IMG/VR virus record: IMGVR_UViG_3300045988_021851
Location: 1 to 55,554 of that record
Origin: a virus
DNA: 55,554 bases
Reading direction: 5' to 3' (one strand)
In this document: positions 40,471 through 48,929 of the stretch, piece by piece
Position numbering within the stretch: the first letter of the stretch is position 1
Layout: each line of letters begins with the position of its first letter
Translations under genes and position numbers: made by a program
Notes under the pieces: generated by a model
Databases searched by the model: none
What the model was told of the DNA's origin: nothing
The model's input: only the letters and a program-made list of their open reading frames with translations

Positions 40471-40502
40471 TTGTTGACAACAAATAAACGGTTGTTTATA
40501 AT
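40471..40502 (+). promoter_or_regulatory. consensus promoter TTGACA-17-TATAAT overlapped by the palindrome TTGTTGaCAACAA
   Basis: TTGACA at 40474-40479, TATAAT at 40497-40502; palindrome at 40471-40483; further GTTGTT boxes downstream. Confidence 0.7.
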
Positions 40503-40560
40503 ACAACTATGAGGTTGTTCAAAACAAACATAATGTTGTTTTTCAGAAAGGAGAATAAGC

Positions 40561-41229
40561 ATGAACCAAATAGAACAAACCATCACTACTTTAGAGATTG
40601 CAGAAATGATGGGAATGCGTCACGACAGAGTTTTAAGAAAATTGGAAGGACAGGATGTAAGGGGCAAACATACCGAAGGAATCATTGAAATTTTGACTCA
40701 CCACAATTTAGGTGCGAGTGATTATTTCATTCCATCTACCTACAAAGATGAATCCGGAAAAGAAAACAAGTGCTACAAAGTAACCAAGTTAGGATGTGAT
40801 TTTCTTGCGAACAAATTCAACGGAGAAAAAGGCATCGTATTTACTGCCCGATACGTGAAACGTTTTACCGACATGGAGAAAGCCATAAAGAAACCACAGG
40901 CGGCATTGCCGAAAAATGATGACCTATTTGCAGATTGTTACATTTCAAAACAGCAATTGGACGCATCACGCGGAGCGTGGTTCAGAAAAAATAATTGGAA
41001 ATTAAAAATTATCATGGAACAGTTTGGGTGGACGAGAAAATTTTTATATCACAAGATTCTCGTGGAGCTATCTGACATTTACGACTTAGAACTTGAAGAA
41101 AAGTTCTATGTGCAGAGGTTTGGCTATAGACCAGAGTACAAATTGGATTTGTTGGATGGCAGTAAAAGCCTTGCCAGACTTGCGACAGGATATATCAACT
41201 ATTTATTAACAGAAGAAGGAGACTACTAA
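40561..41229 (+). CDS. Rha-family phage regulatory protein
   Basis: ITTLEIAEMMGMRHDRVLRKLE and ..CYKVTKLGCDFLANKF resemble the Rha N-terminal domain. Confidence 0.6.
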   Translation: MNQIEQTITTLEIAEMMGMRHDRVLRKLEGQDVRGKHTEGIIEILTHHNLGASDYFIPSTYKDESGKENKCYKVTKLGCDFLANKFNGEKGIVFTARYVKRFTDMEKAIKKPQAALPKNDDLFADCYISKQQLDASRGAWFRKNNWKLKIIMEQFGWTRKFLYHKILVELSDIYDLELEEKFYVQRFGYRPEYKLDLLDGSKSLARLATGYINYLLTEEGDY

Positions 41230-41230
41230 A

Positions 41231-41470
41231 ATGGATGAATTTATTAAAATTGTATGTTCAAGTCAGCTTGACAATGAAACCGGAAATGCTTTTGTTGAAT
41301 ACTTTTCTCCCTTAACAGAGAAACTAAAAGGGGTATTAAGTGAAAATTTATATTCAGAGTTCGAGGAACTGCTTTTTAGTTGCTGTGCAAAGAATAATGA
41401 TTTTTACATGACGGAAGGTGCGAAGCTCGCTATAGAAATAATGAAAGGTTCTTACATTCCGAAAGTCTGA
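41231..41470 (+). CDS. hypothetical protein (79 aa)
   Basis: ORF track; starts 1 nt after the upstream stop. Confidence 0.55.
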   Translation: MDEFIKIVCSSQLDNETGNAFVEYFSPLTEKLKGVLSENLYSEFEELLFSCCAKNNDFYMTEGAKLAIEIMKGSYIPKV

Positions 41471-41476
41471 CACAAA

Positions 41477-41510
41477 TCCGGCGGCGATTCAAACCGCCGG
41501 ATTTATTTTT
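41477..41510. terminator. strong rho-independent terminator
   Basis: TCCGGCGG-cgattcaaa-CCGCCGGA followed by TTTATTTTT. Confidence 0.8.
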
Positions 41511-41655
41511 GCCCTAGCGCAACGATGTTTTCTTTCGTAAAAATCAAAGACCGCGCCGCATAGTCACTTTTGCTCAACTCTTCTATCAGCCTTTCCCTAG
41601 TCATTTCCGGATTTGTCCGGCGCACATACTGTAAGAGTTCTGAAATTTTATCCAT
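41503..41655 (-). CDS. hypothetical small protein (50 aa)
   Basis: My own translation MDKISELLQYVRRTNPEMTRERLIEELSKSDYAARSLIFTKENIVALGQK; TAATG overlap with the upstream gene. Confidence 0.4.
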   Translation of the reverse strand: MDKISELLQYVRRTNPEMTRERLIEELSKSDYAARSLIFTKENIVALGQK

Positions 41656-41981
41656 TATGCAACCTCCATAAGTTCAATCAATAGTCTGTCTGCAATTTCA
41701 AATACTTCTCTTCCGTATGTAGCCAAGAAGTCTGCTACAATTTCCTCTGTATCAATATCCATGTATACATTATACGAAAGACAGAACGCATGACATAATT
41801 CGTGACATAACACGCGATCAAGGAATTTTCCGCGTAGATCATCCGCAAGATATATCGTTTGCGTATCCCTGTCGGTCATGCCTACTGTCCTACTACCATC
41901 ACTTCTCTGTAGCATATCGCTGCAACGCGATACTTTGACCAAATTCCACATTTCATTGTTTATCGTGAACAAATTTACCAC
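41655..41981 (-). CDS. HExxH zinc metallopeptidase-like protein (SprT/ImmA-IrrE-like)
   Basis: ..IYLADDLRGKFLDRVLCHELCHAF: HELCH motif preceded by the typical hydrophobic helix. Confidence 0.5.
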   Translation of the reverse strand: MVNLFTINNEMWNLVKVSRCSDMLQRSDGSRTVGMTDRDTQTIYLADDLRGKFLDRVLCHELCHAFCLSYNVYMDIDTEEIVADFLATYGREVFEIADRLLIELMEVA

Positions 41982-42014
41982 CTCGCAAACAAAGAGGGCA
42001 AAATGCCCTCTCTA

Positions 42015-42695
42015 TTACATTTTAGTGACAAGAGTAGTCAGCTTTGTCTTGGTCAACTGTTTCTCTTCCGGGGACATACCGGAAAACAGCTCTGTCACAT
42101 CTTCTGAAAGAGATTTCATGTACTTTTCAAGCTCTTTCATCTTTGCGTCCTTATCTTCCGGCGAATTTCCGTTATGCATTTCCTTTGTCTCCATGTAACT
42201 TCTCCGACTCATACCGGCTCTGCCCTCTCTTGCATCGTGAGTACCGGTACTCATGCCGTTATTTCCGCTCATAGGCTCTGAATAATACATCTTTCCCATA
42301 CTCATTCGGTCAAGGTCTCTCATTCGGTCGTATTCCGGCATTCTCTCCCATTCGTGGTAATCTTCCGGCATCTGGTGATAATATGGTGGTTCTACATATC
42401 CTCTGCGTGTTCCACGCCCTTTCGGCGCGAATCTTCCGTTTGAGTACCGGTACTCATTGTAGTATCTTCTTTCCGGATAGTCCCCAAATTCTTCCACCAT
42501 GCGCATAATTTCTTCATCTTCAGACTTTTTCATGGCTTCAACAATGTTGTAGTCTTTGTCAAAGCATACGATATTCTTTGCAATCTCCGTCCAATCCTTG
42601 AGATCATCAAGGTTTTGACCTTCAAAATTCTCGATTCCAATGCCGTCAACGTGGGCTTTCACGCAATCCATAATCTGTTTCGCAAATTTATGCAT
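42015..42695 (-). CDS. hypothetical protein (226 aa), Y/R/M/E-rich central low-complexity region
   Basis: ORF track. Confidence 0.55.
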   Translation of the reverse strand: MHKFAKQIMDCVKAHVDGIGIENFEGQNLDDLKDWTEIAKNIVCFDKDYNIVEAMKKSEDEEIMRMVEEFGDYPERRYYNEYRYSNGRFAPKGRGTRRGYVEPPYYHQMPEDYHEWERMPEYDRMRDLDRMSMGKMYYSEPMSGNNGMSTGTHDAREGRAGMSRRSYMETKEMHNGNSPEDKDAKMKELEKYMKSLSEDVTELFSGMSPEEKQLTKTKLTTLVTKM

Positions 42696-42699
42696 AATA

Positions 42700-43119
42700 T
42701 CAAGCCTCCCTTACTGCAATCAAGTTACTATTCTGTACCTCTATAGCCTGTGTAGATGTATTCTGCACGGCTACGGTACTGCAACAACCGCAAGGCACAT
42801 CAACGTATGCCTGCGCTGATACATTAAATAAATTCTCAACTGCGGCTGGCGTTACAATCATCTTTGTTGACTGCAAAGGCTCTCCGTCAACAGCGATTGC
42901 AAGCGAAATCTCTCCAACTGTGCCGCCTGTCGGGATCTGAATGTTTCCGGAATACGATACCAAAAATCTTGCTTTGCACTGATTTGTGATACCTCTTAAC
43001 TTGATAATTCCACTTCCCTGTCTGTGTACGATACATTTTGTTCCGTTTACTGCTGTTTCTGTGAATGCAACATCTTCTCCAGCGGCAACGGTTTGTAATG
43101 CAATTCCTGTTACTTCCAT
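42700..43119 (-). CDS. hypothetical beta-rich protein (139 aa); pattern reminiscent of C1q/TNF-like (BclA C-terminal type) domains
   Basis: Start MEVTGIALQ with AGAGAGG RBS; alternating beta-strand pattern, CGCC near the C-terminus. The family call is only an impression. Confidence 0.3.
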   Translation of the reverse strand: MEVTGIALQTVAAGEDVAFTETAVNGTKCIVHRQGSGIIKLRGITNQCKARFLVSYSGNIQIPTGGTVGEISLAIAVDGEPLQSTKMIVTPAAVENLFNVSAQAYVDVPCGCCSTVAVQNTSTQAIEVQNSNLIAVREA

Positions 43120-43240
43120 TATTTTTACCTCTCTTCCATAAAATAAGGGCAAACATTACAGTCTGCCCTTTGATTGTAAGTAATACTGCATAGCAGACAT
43201 GATCGAGTTAAACTCAATTAAGATACTCAATTATTCAGTT

Positions 43241-44002
43241 TTAGCATCCGCAACCGGTGTTGCATCCGCATCCATATGCATAAGCATTTGGGTTAGGTAC
43301 GACATATGCCGGGATAGCAGACGGATTTACTGCATTGATAATCTGCTGTGTCTGAGCTGCCATCTGAGTTGTAAGTAATGCACTCTGACGATCCTGTGAA
43401 GCTGCTCTGCGAAGGTCGCTATTTTCTGCCTGTAAGGAAGAAATTTTCTCATTGCAGAGATAATCAAGAATAGCGCGCGTTCCTGCGTTCTGACTGTCGA
43501 TAATGTCTCTCGTGTTGCTGTTCATGGTATTCTGCAACGCGCAAGTGTTAGTTGCCATGTTGTAGTTTACGCCTTGGATAGCTTCTCTTGTTTCGCAGCA
43601 ACAGTTAGCAAGCTGTGACTGTAATGCGTTTGTATTCTGCATATTAGCGACTGTATCAGCATTGATAGCCTGCTGAATGCCAAATCCGGTCTGCAAAATG
43701 TTTGTGTTGATGCCATTCATGCCGTTTTGAACTGCATAGAATCCGTCGCAAATTCCGTTTGTAATGCCGTCAAGTTTTGACACAACTGCTTGGTTGTCGA
43801 ATCCGCGCTGAATTTCGCTTCCGACACCACCATTCATTCCGTTTCCTCCGAATCCGTTACCGAATCCGCCCCATCCAAAGATGGCAAAGATAACGATGAT
43901 GAACCATAACCATGATCCTTCTGCGCCCCATCCGTTGTTATTTCCGTTTCCGTCAATGTTCGCAACAAGCGGAACAGATGCACAATTACCTGTGTTAAAC
44001 AT
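43241..44002 (-). CDS. Gly/Asn/Gln-rich membrane-anchored protein (253 aa) ending in GCGCNTGCGC
   Basis: Start MFNTGN after GGAGGTAAA; TM WLWFIIVIFAIFGW; GFGNGFGGNGMNGG; CCC and CGC motifs. Confidence 0.55.
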   Translation of the reverse strand: MFNTGNCASVPLVANIDGNGNNNGWGAEGSWLWFIIVIFAIFGWGGFGNGFGGNGMNGGVGSEIQRGFDNQAVVSKLDGITNGICDGFYAVQNGMNGINTNILQTGFGIQQAINADTVANMQNTNALQSQLANCCCETREAIQGVNYNMATNTCALQNTMNSNTRDIIDSQNAGTRAILDYLCNEKISSLQAENSDLRRAASQDRQSALLTTQMAAQTQQIINAVNPSAIPAYVVPNPNAYAYGCGCNTGCGC

Positions 44003-44056
44003 AGAATTTACCTCCATAATTCATTTTTTATATACATAATCTTGCAAGAATTAGTA

Positions 44057-44284
44057 TCACATTCCTAATTGGCTTTTAAACGACTCAAAAGCCTTATCTG
44101 CGTCAATCCCCTTTTCTTTGCACAAATTCCTAGCCATCTGCTCGATGCCCTTGGAATCTCCCTTTTGTGCCATCTGCATAGCGTTTCTAGCCATAGGGTT
44201 GCTCATTACGCTGTTATTCCCCATCATTTGTTGTAAAAACTGCTGTGGGTTTCTCATACCCTGTAACATCTGCATAGGATTCAT
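44057..44284 (-). CDS. Met/Gln/Asn-rich small protein (75 aa)
   Basis: ORF track. Confidence 0.5.
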   Translation of the reverse strand: MNPMQMLQGMRNPQQFLQQMMGNNSVMSNPMARNAMQMAQKGDSKGIEQMARNLCKEKGIDADKAFESFKSQLGM

Positions 44285-44760
44285 TAAGACTCACTCTCCT
44301 TTTGTGTTCGTGAAGATTTTCTTTGCGTTTGCGAAGATAACTTATCTTCCAACTCTTCCATCTTTCCAAACAAACAATCTAATTTGTCAGTAATAGCCTT
44401 TGTCGCATCGTCAGACAGCCCTATTTCAATTCTTTTATCATCGCTTGAAGAATCTGCCATCTGCTCATTAAAAGGCTTGTAAACGGTCTTTCTGATTGTT
44501 CCGTTGGCATCCCATTGTTTTGCTACGATTGCGCTCATGTCTTGCATCGGGAAAAACGCAACGCTTCCATCCATAGGTACATCATTCGCCATGATTGCTG
44601 ATTCCGACTGCACTACCTTTCCTTGGATACCAAGAAACTGCGGTTGCATCTGCGGAATCTGTGGCTCTGGCTGTTGAAATCTCTGCATTGGGTTGTACTG
44701 ATATGCGGCATAGCTTGGGTTTGGGTTAAATGTCATATTCTGATTTTGCATCTGATACAT
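44284..44760 (-). CDS. Gln/Pro/Met-rich N-terminus protein (158 aa)
   Basis: ORF track; GGAGGAAG RBS. Confidence 0.55.
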   Translation of the reverse strand: MYQMQNQNMTFNPNPSYAAYQYNPMQRFQQPEPQIPQMQPQFLGIQGKVVQSESAIMANDVPMDGSVAFFPMQDMSAIVAKQWDANGTIRKTVYKPFNEQMADSSSDDKRIEIGLSDDATKAITDKLDCLFGKMEELEDKLSSQTQRKSSRTQKESES

Positions 44761-44879
44761 TCTCTTCCTCCAATACTTCCTTGATTGCGTGAATCATAGC
44801 TGACTGATACACGAGCGGAACCTTTGACACATCTTCTCTCGTTAAGATTTTTTCAAGAATTTCATCTGTAAATAACATT
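44727..44879 (-). CDS. hypothetical small protein (50 aa)
   Basis: My own translation MLFTDEILEKILTREDVSKVPLVYQSAMIHAIKEVLEEENVSDAKSEYDI; GGAGGG RBS. Confidence 0.4.
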
Positions 44880-45044
44880 CCGCATCCCTCCTATGCTTAT
44901 ATTTTTGCATAAAAAAATACGGTTCTTCCGCAAAAAATAAGCAGAAAAACCGCATAAAAAAGAACGCCCAAAGCGTTCCAAGTCTACCATTTTCAGAAAG
45001 AATCTAAAGCACTTGTGCAGACTCCTTTCTTTTGTGTTCAGTTT

Positions 45045-45206
45045 TTGAGTACCATTTTGAGTACCAAAGTTTTTTAAGACGCCGCAAACACAGTGTTTAT
45101 GCGACTTTTAAAACAGTCCGTACGGGAATCGAACCCTAAAGTAATTGCCTTGAAATGGCTTAAAATAGCAATTCTTTCAATTTTTCTTTGAGTACCTTTG
45201 AGTACC
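45045..45206. other. attP-like region: tRNA 3'-end-like core flanked by two pairs of TTGAGTACC arm-type repeats
   Basis: TTGAGTACC at 45045, 45057, 45188 and 45198. Core at 45114-45136 reads (rc) GGGTTCGATTCCCGTACGGACTG = T-loop plus acceptor 3' strand. Lies directly downstream of int. Confidence 0.6.
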
Positions 45207-45212
45207 AGAGAC

Positions 45213-46409
45213 TCATAATGCTTCGATTAAGTCAAGTTCCTGTCTCTTTTCCTCAATTCCGGTACGGTCAAAATAATAATGATCTTTTGTGCAACTAATG
45301 TCTGTATGCCCCATAGTATCAAGAATTGTGGACTCTTTCACTTTTCCGTCAAGAAGAATGCTTCCGTATGTCTTTCGTATTTTGTGCGGAGATTTCACTT
45401 TCATTCGCAGTTCATGTTCGCAGATATACCGCAAACGTTCACGAAAGTTGTAGGATTTCAACCGTTCTCCATCTCTCTCGAATAGATATTCCCCAAAGGG
45501 ATTTCTCTTTCGTACTTCATCAAGAATCCATTTGTACTTATCCGGCAATATAGCAAATCGCAATCCGGCTTCTGATTTTGGAAAATCTTTAACATCATAG
45601 CGAAAACCATCATCATCCCGGTAACGTGTCTCTGTAGAATTGATTGCAACCGTGTAGTTTTCAACGTCTTTCCGCTTCAATGCCGACAATTCCCCGACAC
45701 GTACCCCTGTCTTAAACATGAATAGCAATCCAAGGTTTACTATATCCAAGTGATTCCTTAAGTACATCTCCATGCGTTCCTTTTCATCCGGCATATATAC
45801 TTGGTCTTTTGCCTGCCGAACTACGTGCTTAAATGCTTTTGGCGATATATCCATATCTTTCAGCGTGTATGTAATTGAAAACTTAACATACTTCTTCCGC
45901 TTGGCATACTTAAAGATTCCATAAATCAGCGTCCGAAAGTTCGAGAATGCCTTGGAAGTCATGTCGAAATCATGGATGCTGTTTCGTATGAACGTTTCAA
46001 GGTCGCATTCGTCTATCCTTTTGATTCTCTTATCCTTAATTCCATCAAAGTATCTCTGAAAGTCCATTAAGTATCTGTCATAGGTTGCCCTGCTTATCTC
46101 TTCAAGTTCTAGCTTTTGTGAAATCCAACGGTTGAAGATTTCCGCTACTGTAGGGTCGTCTTCCCTTTCTTTCCAATAATCAATAATCTTCTGCTCGACC
46201 GCTTCTCTGCGCTTTGCCTTGATTTTACGTCTGCCCTTTACTTCATCCGGCAGATATGAGTACCAGTTCTCATCCTTTCCTTGATAGATTTTATAAGGGT
46301 TTTTGTTGAGTAATTTTTCTCTCTTTTGCATAGTGACTTGTTTCTGCACAAGTGCTATGTCGAGAATACCACTATCAACGGCATATTTCAACAGTTCTTT
46401 TTCATCCAA
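45213..46409 (-). CDS. int: tyrosine recombinase / integrase
   Basis: TGVRVGEL (Arg), HKIRKTYGS (HxxR), LGHTDISCTKDHYY (His..Tyr). Confidence 0.85.
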   Translation of the reverse strand: MDEKELLKYAVDSGILDIALVQKQVTMQKREKLLNKNPYKIYQGKDENWYSYLPDEVKGRRKIKAKRREAVEQKIIDYWKEREDDPTVAEIFNRWISQKLELEEISRATYDRYLMDFQRYFDGIKDKRIKRIDECDLETFIRNSIHDFDMTSKAFSNFRTLIYGIFKYAKRKKYVKFSITYTLKDMDISPKAFKHVVRQAKDQVYMPDEKERMEMYLRNHLDIVNLGLLFMFKTGVRVGELSALKRKDVENYTVAINSTETRYRDDDGFRYDVKDFPKSEAGLRFAILPDKYKWILDEVRKRNPFGEYLFERDGERLKSYNFRERLRYICEHELRMKVKSPHKIRKTYGSILLDGKVKESTILDTMGHTDISCTKDHYYFDRTGIEEKRQELDLIEAL

Positions 46410-46615
46410 TCAAATACCCCCGTTCTTTCTATTTTATCTTTTATATCTCTCACTCTGTACTCGATCGTTCTTAGTGATAGATTTTCTTTTGTGGATATTT
46501 GCTTTTGTGAAAAACCACGGCAAAGAAGAGAGAAAATCCTCTCCTCTTCTTCCGTGAAATTGGCATTTTCTTTGATTTGTTCAAGTTCTGGCTTAATGAA
46601 TTTTGTAAACTTCAT
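46388..46615 (-). CDS. sigma-70 region 4 / LuxR-type HTH protein (75 aa)
   Basis: FTEEEERIFSLLCRGFSQKQISTKENLSLRTIEYRVRDIKDKI. Confidence 0.6.
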   Translation of the reverse strand: MKFTKFIKPELEQIKENANFTEEEERIFSLLCRGFSQKQISTKENLSLRTIEYRVRDIKDKIERTGVFDWMKKNC

Positions 46616-46631
46616 AAGCCTGCTCCTTATT

Positions 46632-47825
46632 TTATTGGTTGATATTTAAGTTTTTAAACATAGCACACATAACATCTACGACAATACTGTTTCCAAATTG
46701 CTTATACAACTGCGTATTACTGTTTACTGATGCCATTTTGTCAATATCTTCATCAGATACACCCATCAGCCGTCCGTCCTCTCTCGGTGTCAGTTTTCGG
46801 ATGCTATGTTGTAATTTCACACTTTCATACGATTTTCGTATTGTTGGTTCTGCTATTTTGGGTACATTGTAATGACCAGATGTAAGTGTAAGTGCAATTC
46901 CGTCTGTGTAAACAACTTTTCCGTCCTGTGATGAATTTATTCTTCCAGCAACTTTTATAAGACAATCAGAACCATCTTTGTAATATCTGGCTTTTATTGT
47001 AGGCGATATGTCATCAACATCTTTAACCACTGCATGAAAATTATTTCCTTTCTCTTTCTGCTTTTTTGCATGTTTCGCAAATCCTTTCAATGCCTTATCA
47101 CTTACATAGAATTTGTCATCAACTACCCCTTCTAGATAATCGCGTATTCTTTTTGTAAGTGGTATAGGCTGTGGAAAATCATATGAGTAATTGCCAAGGA
47201 ACGAAAACATAAAGCACCTGTTTCTGTTTTGTGCCACTCCATAATTTTTAGCATTCAAATCTTGCCAGTAATTCACATATCCCAAACTTTCAAGGAAATC
47301 TAGCCATTTCCTAAAGTCAGGCATATTGTTTTGGCTATGTACTTGTGGCACGTTCTCCATGAACAAAATCTGTGGTAATTCTCCGTTACTATCTCTAATT
47401 TCTGTTAGTATTCTCTCAACTTCCCACAACAGACCGCTTCTTGTACCACTTCCCTTAGACATTCCAGCTTGTTTCCCGGCAACTGATAAATCCGTGCAAG
47501 GAAACGAGTAAGTAAGTAGGTAAGTAAAGGTTTCTGTGCTGCAAATATTCAAATCTTCTGCATGAACCTTTGTTATGTCCATTGTGGGGAAATCCGTACC
47601 ATGTACTGCGTTATAGCTTGCAATAGCGTACTTATCAAACTCAACAACTCTGTAATGTTCAAACTTAGCACCTATTCTCTTTAATGCCATTGCCTGACTG
47701 CCGTAGCCGGCGAAAAGTTCTATTAAGCGAATAGGCTTTGTTATGCTGATTGGTTCTCTTGTGAAGTCAAATATGCTCATTTGATTATCACAAGAATAAT
47801 TTTCAAAATTCATAAAATCTACCAA
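46632..47825 (-). CDS. dcm: DNA (cytosine-5)-methyltransferase
   Basis: Motif I IELFAGYGS, motif IV SFPCTDLS, motif VI FMENVPQ, motif VIII QNRNRCF, motif X GNSIVV. Confidence 0.9.
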   Translation of the reverse strand: MVDFMNFENYSCDNQMSIFDFTREPISITKPIRLIELFAGYGSQAMALKRIGAKFEHYRVVEFDKYAIASYNAVHGTDFPTMDITKVHAEDLNICSTETFTYLLTYSFPCTDLSVAGKQAGMSKGSGTRSGLLWEVERILTEIRDSNGELPQILFMENVPQVHSQNNMPDFRKWLDFLESLGYVNYWQDLNAKNYGVAQNRNRCFMFSFLGNYSYDFPQPIPLTKRIRDYLEGVVDDKFYVSDKALKGFAKHAKKQKEKGNNFHAVVKDVDDISPTIKARYYKDGSDCLIKVAGRINSSQDGKVVYTDGIALTLTSGHYNVPKIAEPTIRKSYESVKLQHSIRKLTPREDGRLMGVSDEDIDKMASVNSNTQLYKQFGNSIVVDVMCAMFKNLNINQ

Positions 47826-47878
47826 AAGGAAACCTCGGTTTTATGTGCGCACAACCTCTTCCTTTCTGATAATTTTAG

Positions 47879-48154
47879 TTAGTTATCTTCTTTTCTCTTA
47901 AAATCCTCACAAGACACAGCAAGCAAGCAACCTACACAGTTAATGGCAATAAGCCCACTATTGTTCTTATACCTGTAAGAATTTTTGCAAACATTACAAA
48001 AATCTTTTCCAACGTTTGCCTTGCAACTTGTCTTTTTATCTTCAAGCTTCTTCCCGATACTCTCGTTTATCCTTTTGAGTTCCTCGACCTTTTTCTGCAA
48101 TTCCTCAAAATCTTCAATGAGTTTGTTGTATTTCTTCTTACTTAAAATCTTCAC
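47879..48154 (-). CDS. coiled-coil/Cys-rich protein (91 aa)
   Basis: ORF track. Confidence 0.5.
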   Translation of the reverse strand: MKILSKKKYNKLIEDFEELQKKVEELKRINESIGKKLEDKKTSCKANVGKDFCNVCKNSYRYKNNSGLIAINCVGCLLAVSCEDFKRKEDN

Positions 48155-48341
48155 TCTGTTTCGCTCCTTTCAACTGTTCTGCTATCTGCTTTACTTGTCT
48201 TATGGCATTTTCCCAAGTTGCGCCCTCGGTTGGTAATCCGCTTGACATAGCCATCCCGGAAAAACGCTCAGTGATGTTAGCAGTCAAATCGTCAACAGCT
48301 TTGTCATAACTATCAATATTAGACTTTCGATATTTAAACAC
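48138..48341 (-). CDS. hypothetical protein; only a GTG start without a convincing RBS (possible gene remnant)
   Basis: ORF track; the frame is open upstream to a TAG but has no ATG. Confidence 0.3.
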   Translation of the reverse strand: MFKYRKSNIDSYDKAVDDLTANITERFSGMAMSSGLPTEGATWENAIRQVKQIAEQLKGAKQSEDFK

Positions 48342-48462
48342 CTCATTGTTCAGAGCTTCTTTGCCCCAATCTCCGCTATCAAACCATTCAACGGCCTTAA
48401 ATACAGGACTAAGCGCTTCAAAAAGTGTTTCTATTCGTATACTTGCCGACTTGATATACTAA

Positions 48463-48597
48463 ACTAATCTTTAGCCACATCTTCAAAACCTGCACTGTTC
48501 AATCTGTCAACCATATCTTGCAATGTTTCTACTGACGAACCATTCATAAGCTCGTCAACATCTTTGCAATACAAATAATTCCAACTACCACCGCTCA
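48463..48597 (-). CDS. hypothetical small protein (44 aa)
   Basis: My own translation MSGGSWNYLYCKDVDELMNGSSVETLQDMVDRLNSAGFEDVAKD. Confidence 0.3.
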
Positions 48598-48665
48598 TTC
48601 ACTTTCACCGACTTTCAATAAATCCATAAACCTTTAAGTTGCAACCTCTGTTTACCGAGGATTCG

Positions 48666-48926
48666 TTATTCCTTTCTTTCTTTTAAAATTTCATCCAAGT
48701 AGGCATTAAATCCTGCTCTGAACATTCTTTCTCCGTGTTCTCCAACTCTGCGTTCTTTCTTCTCCGGCAGTTCCCTGAGCGGACACCAATCTGGCTTCTC
48801 TCCGTCTGGCAAAAGTTTTCCTGTCGCACAGCACAGATATTCGTCATCATTCTCTGCCTCATAGCACAATGTACATTTCTGGCACACCTGTTCCGGCATA
48901 TCCATAACCAATACTGCTTTAGACAT
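48666..48926 (-). CDS. Cys-rich protein (86 aa)
   Basis: ORF track; CQKCTLC..CC..C. Confidence 0.55.
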   Translation of the reverse strand: MSKAVLVMDMPEQVCQKCTLCYEAENDDEYLCCATGKLLPDGEKPDWCPLRELPEKKERRVGEHGERMFRAGFNAYLDEILKERKE

Positions 48927-48929
48927 TTC

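Noticed and set aside
48341-48463. Possibility that 48463..48597 and 48138..48341 are one gene
   Set aside because: All three frames contain stops in the about 120-nt gap. This may be a decayed gene, but that cannot be shown from the sequence alone. Both pieces are listed with low confidence.
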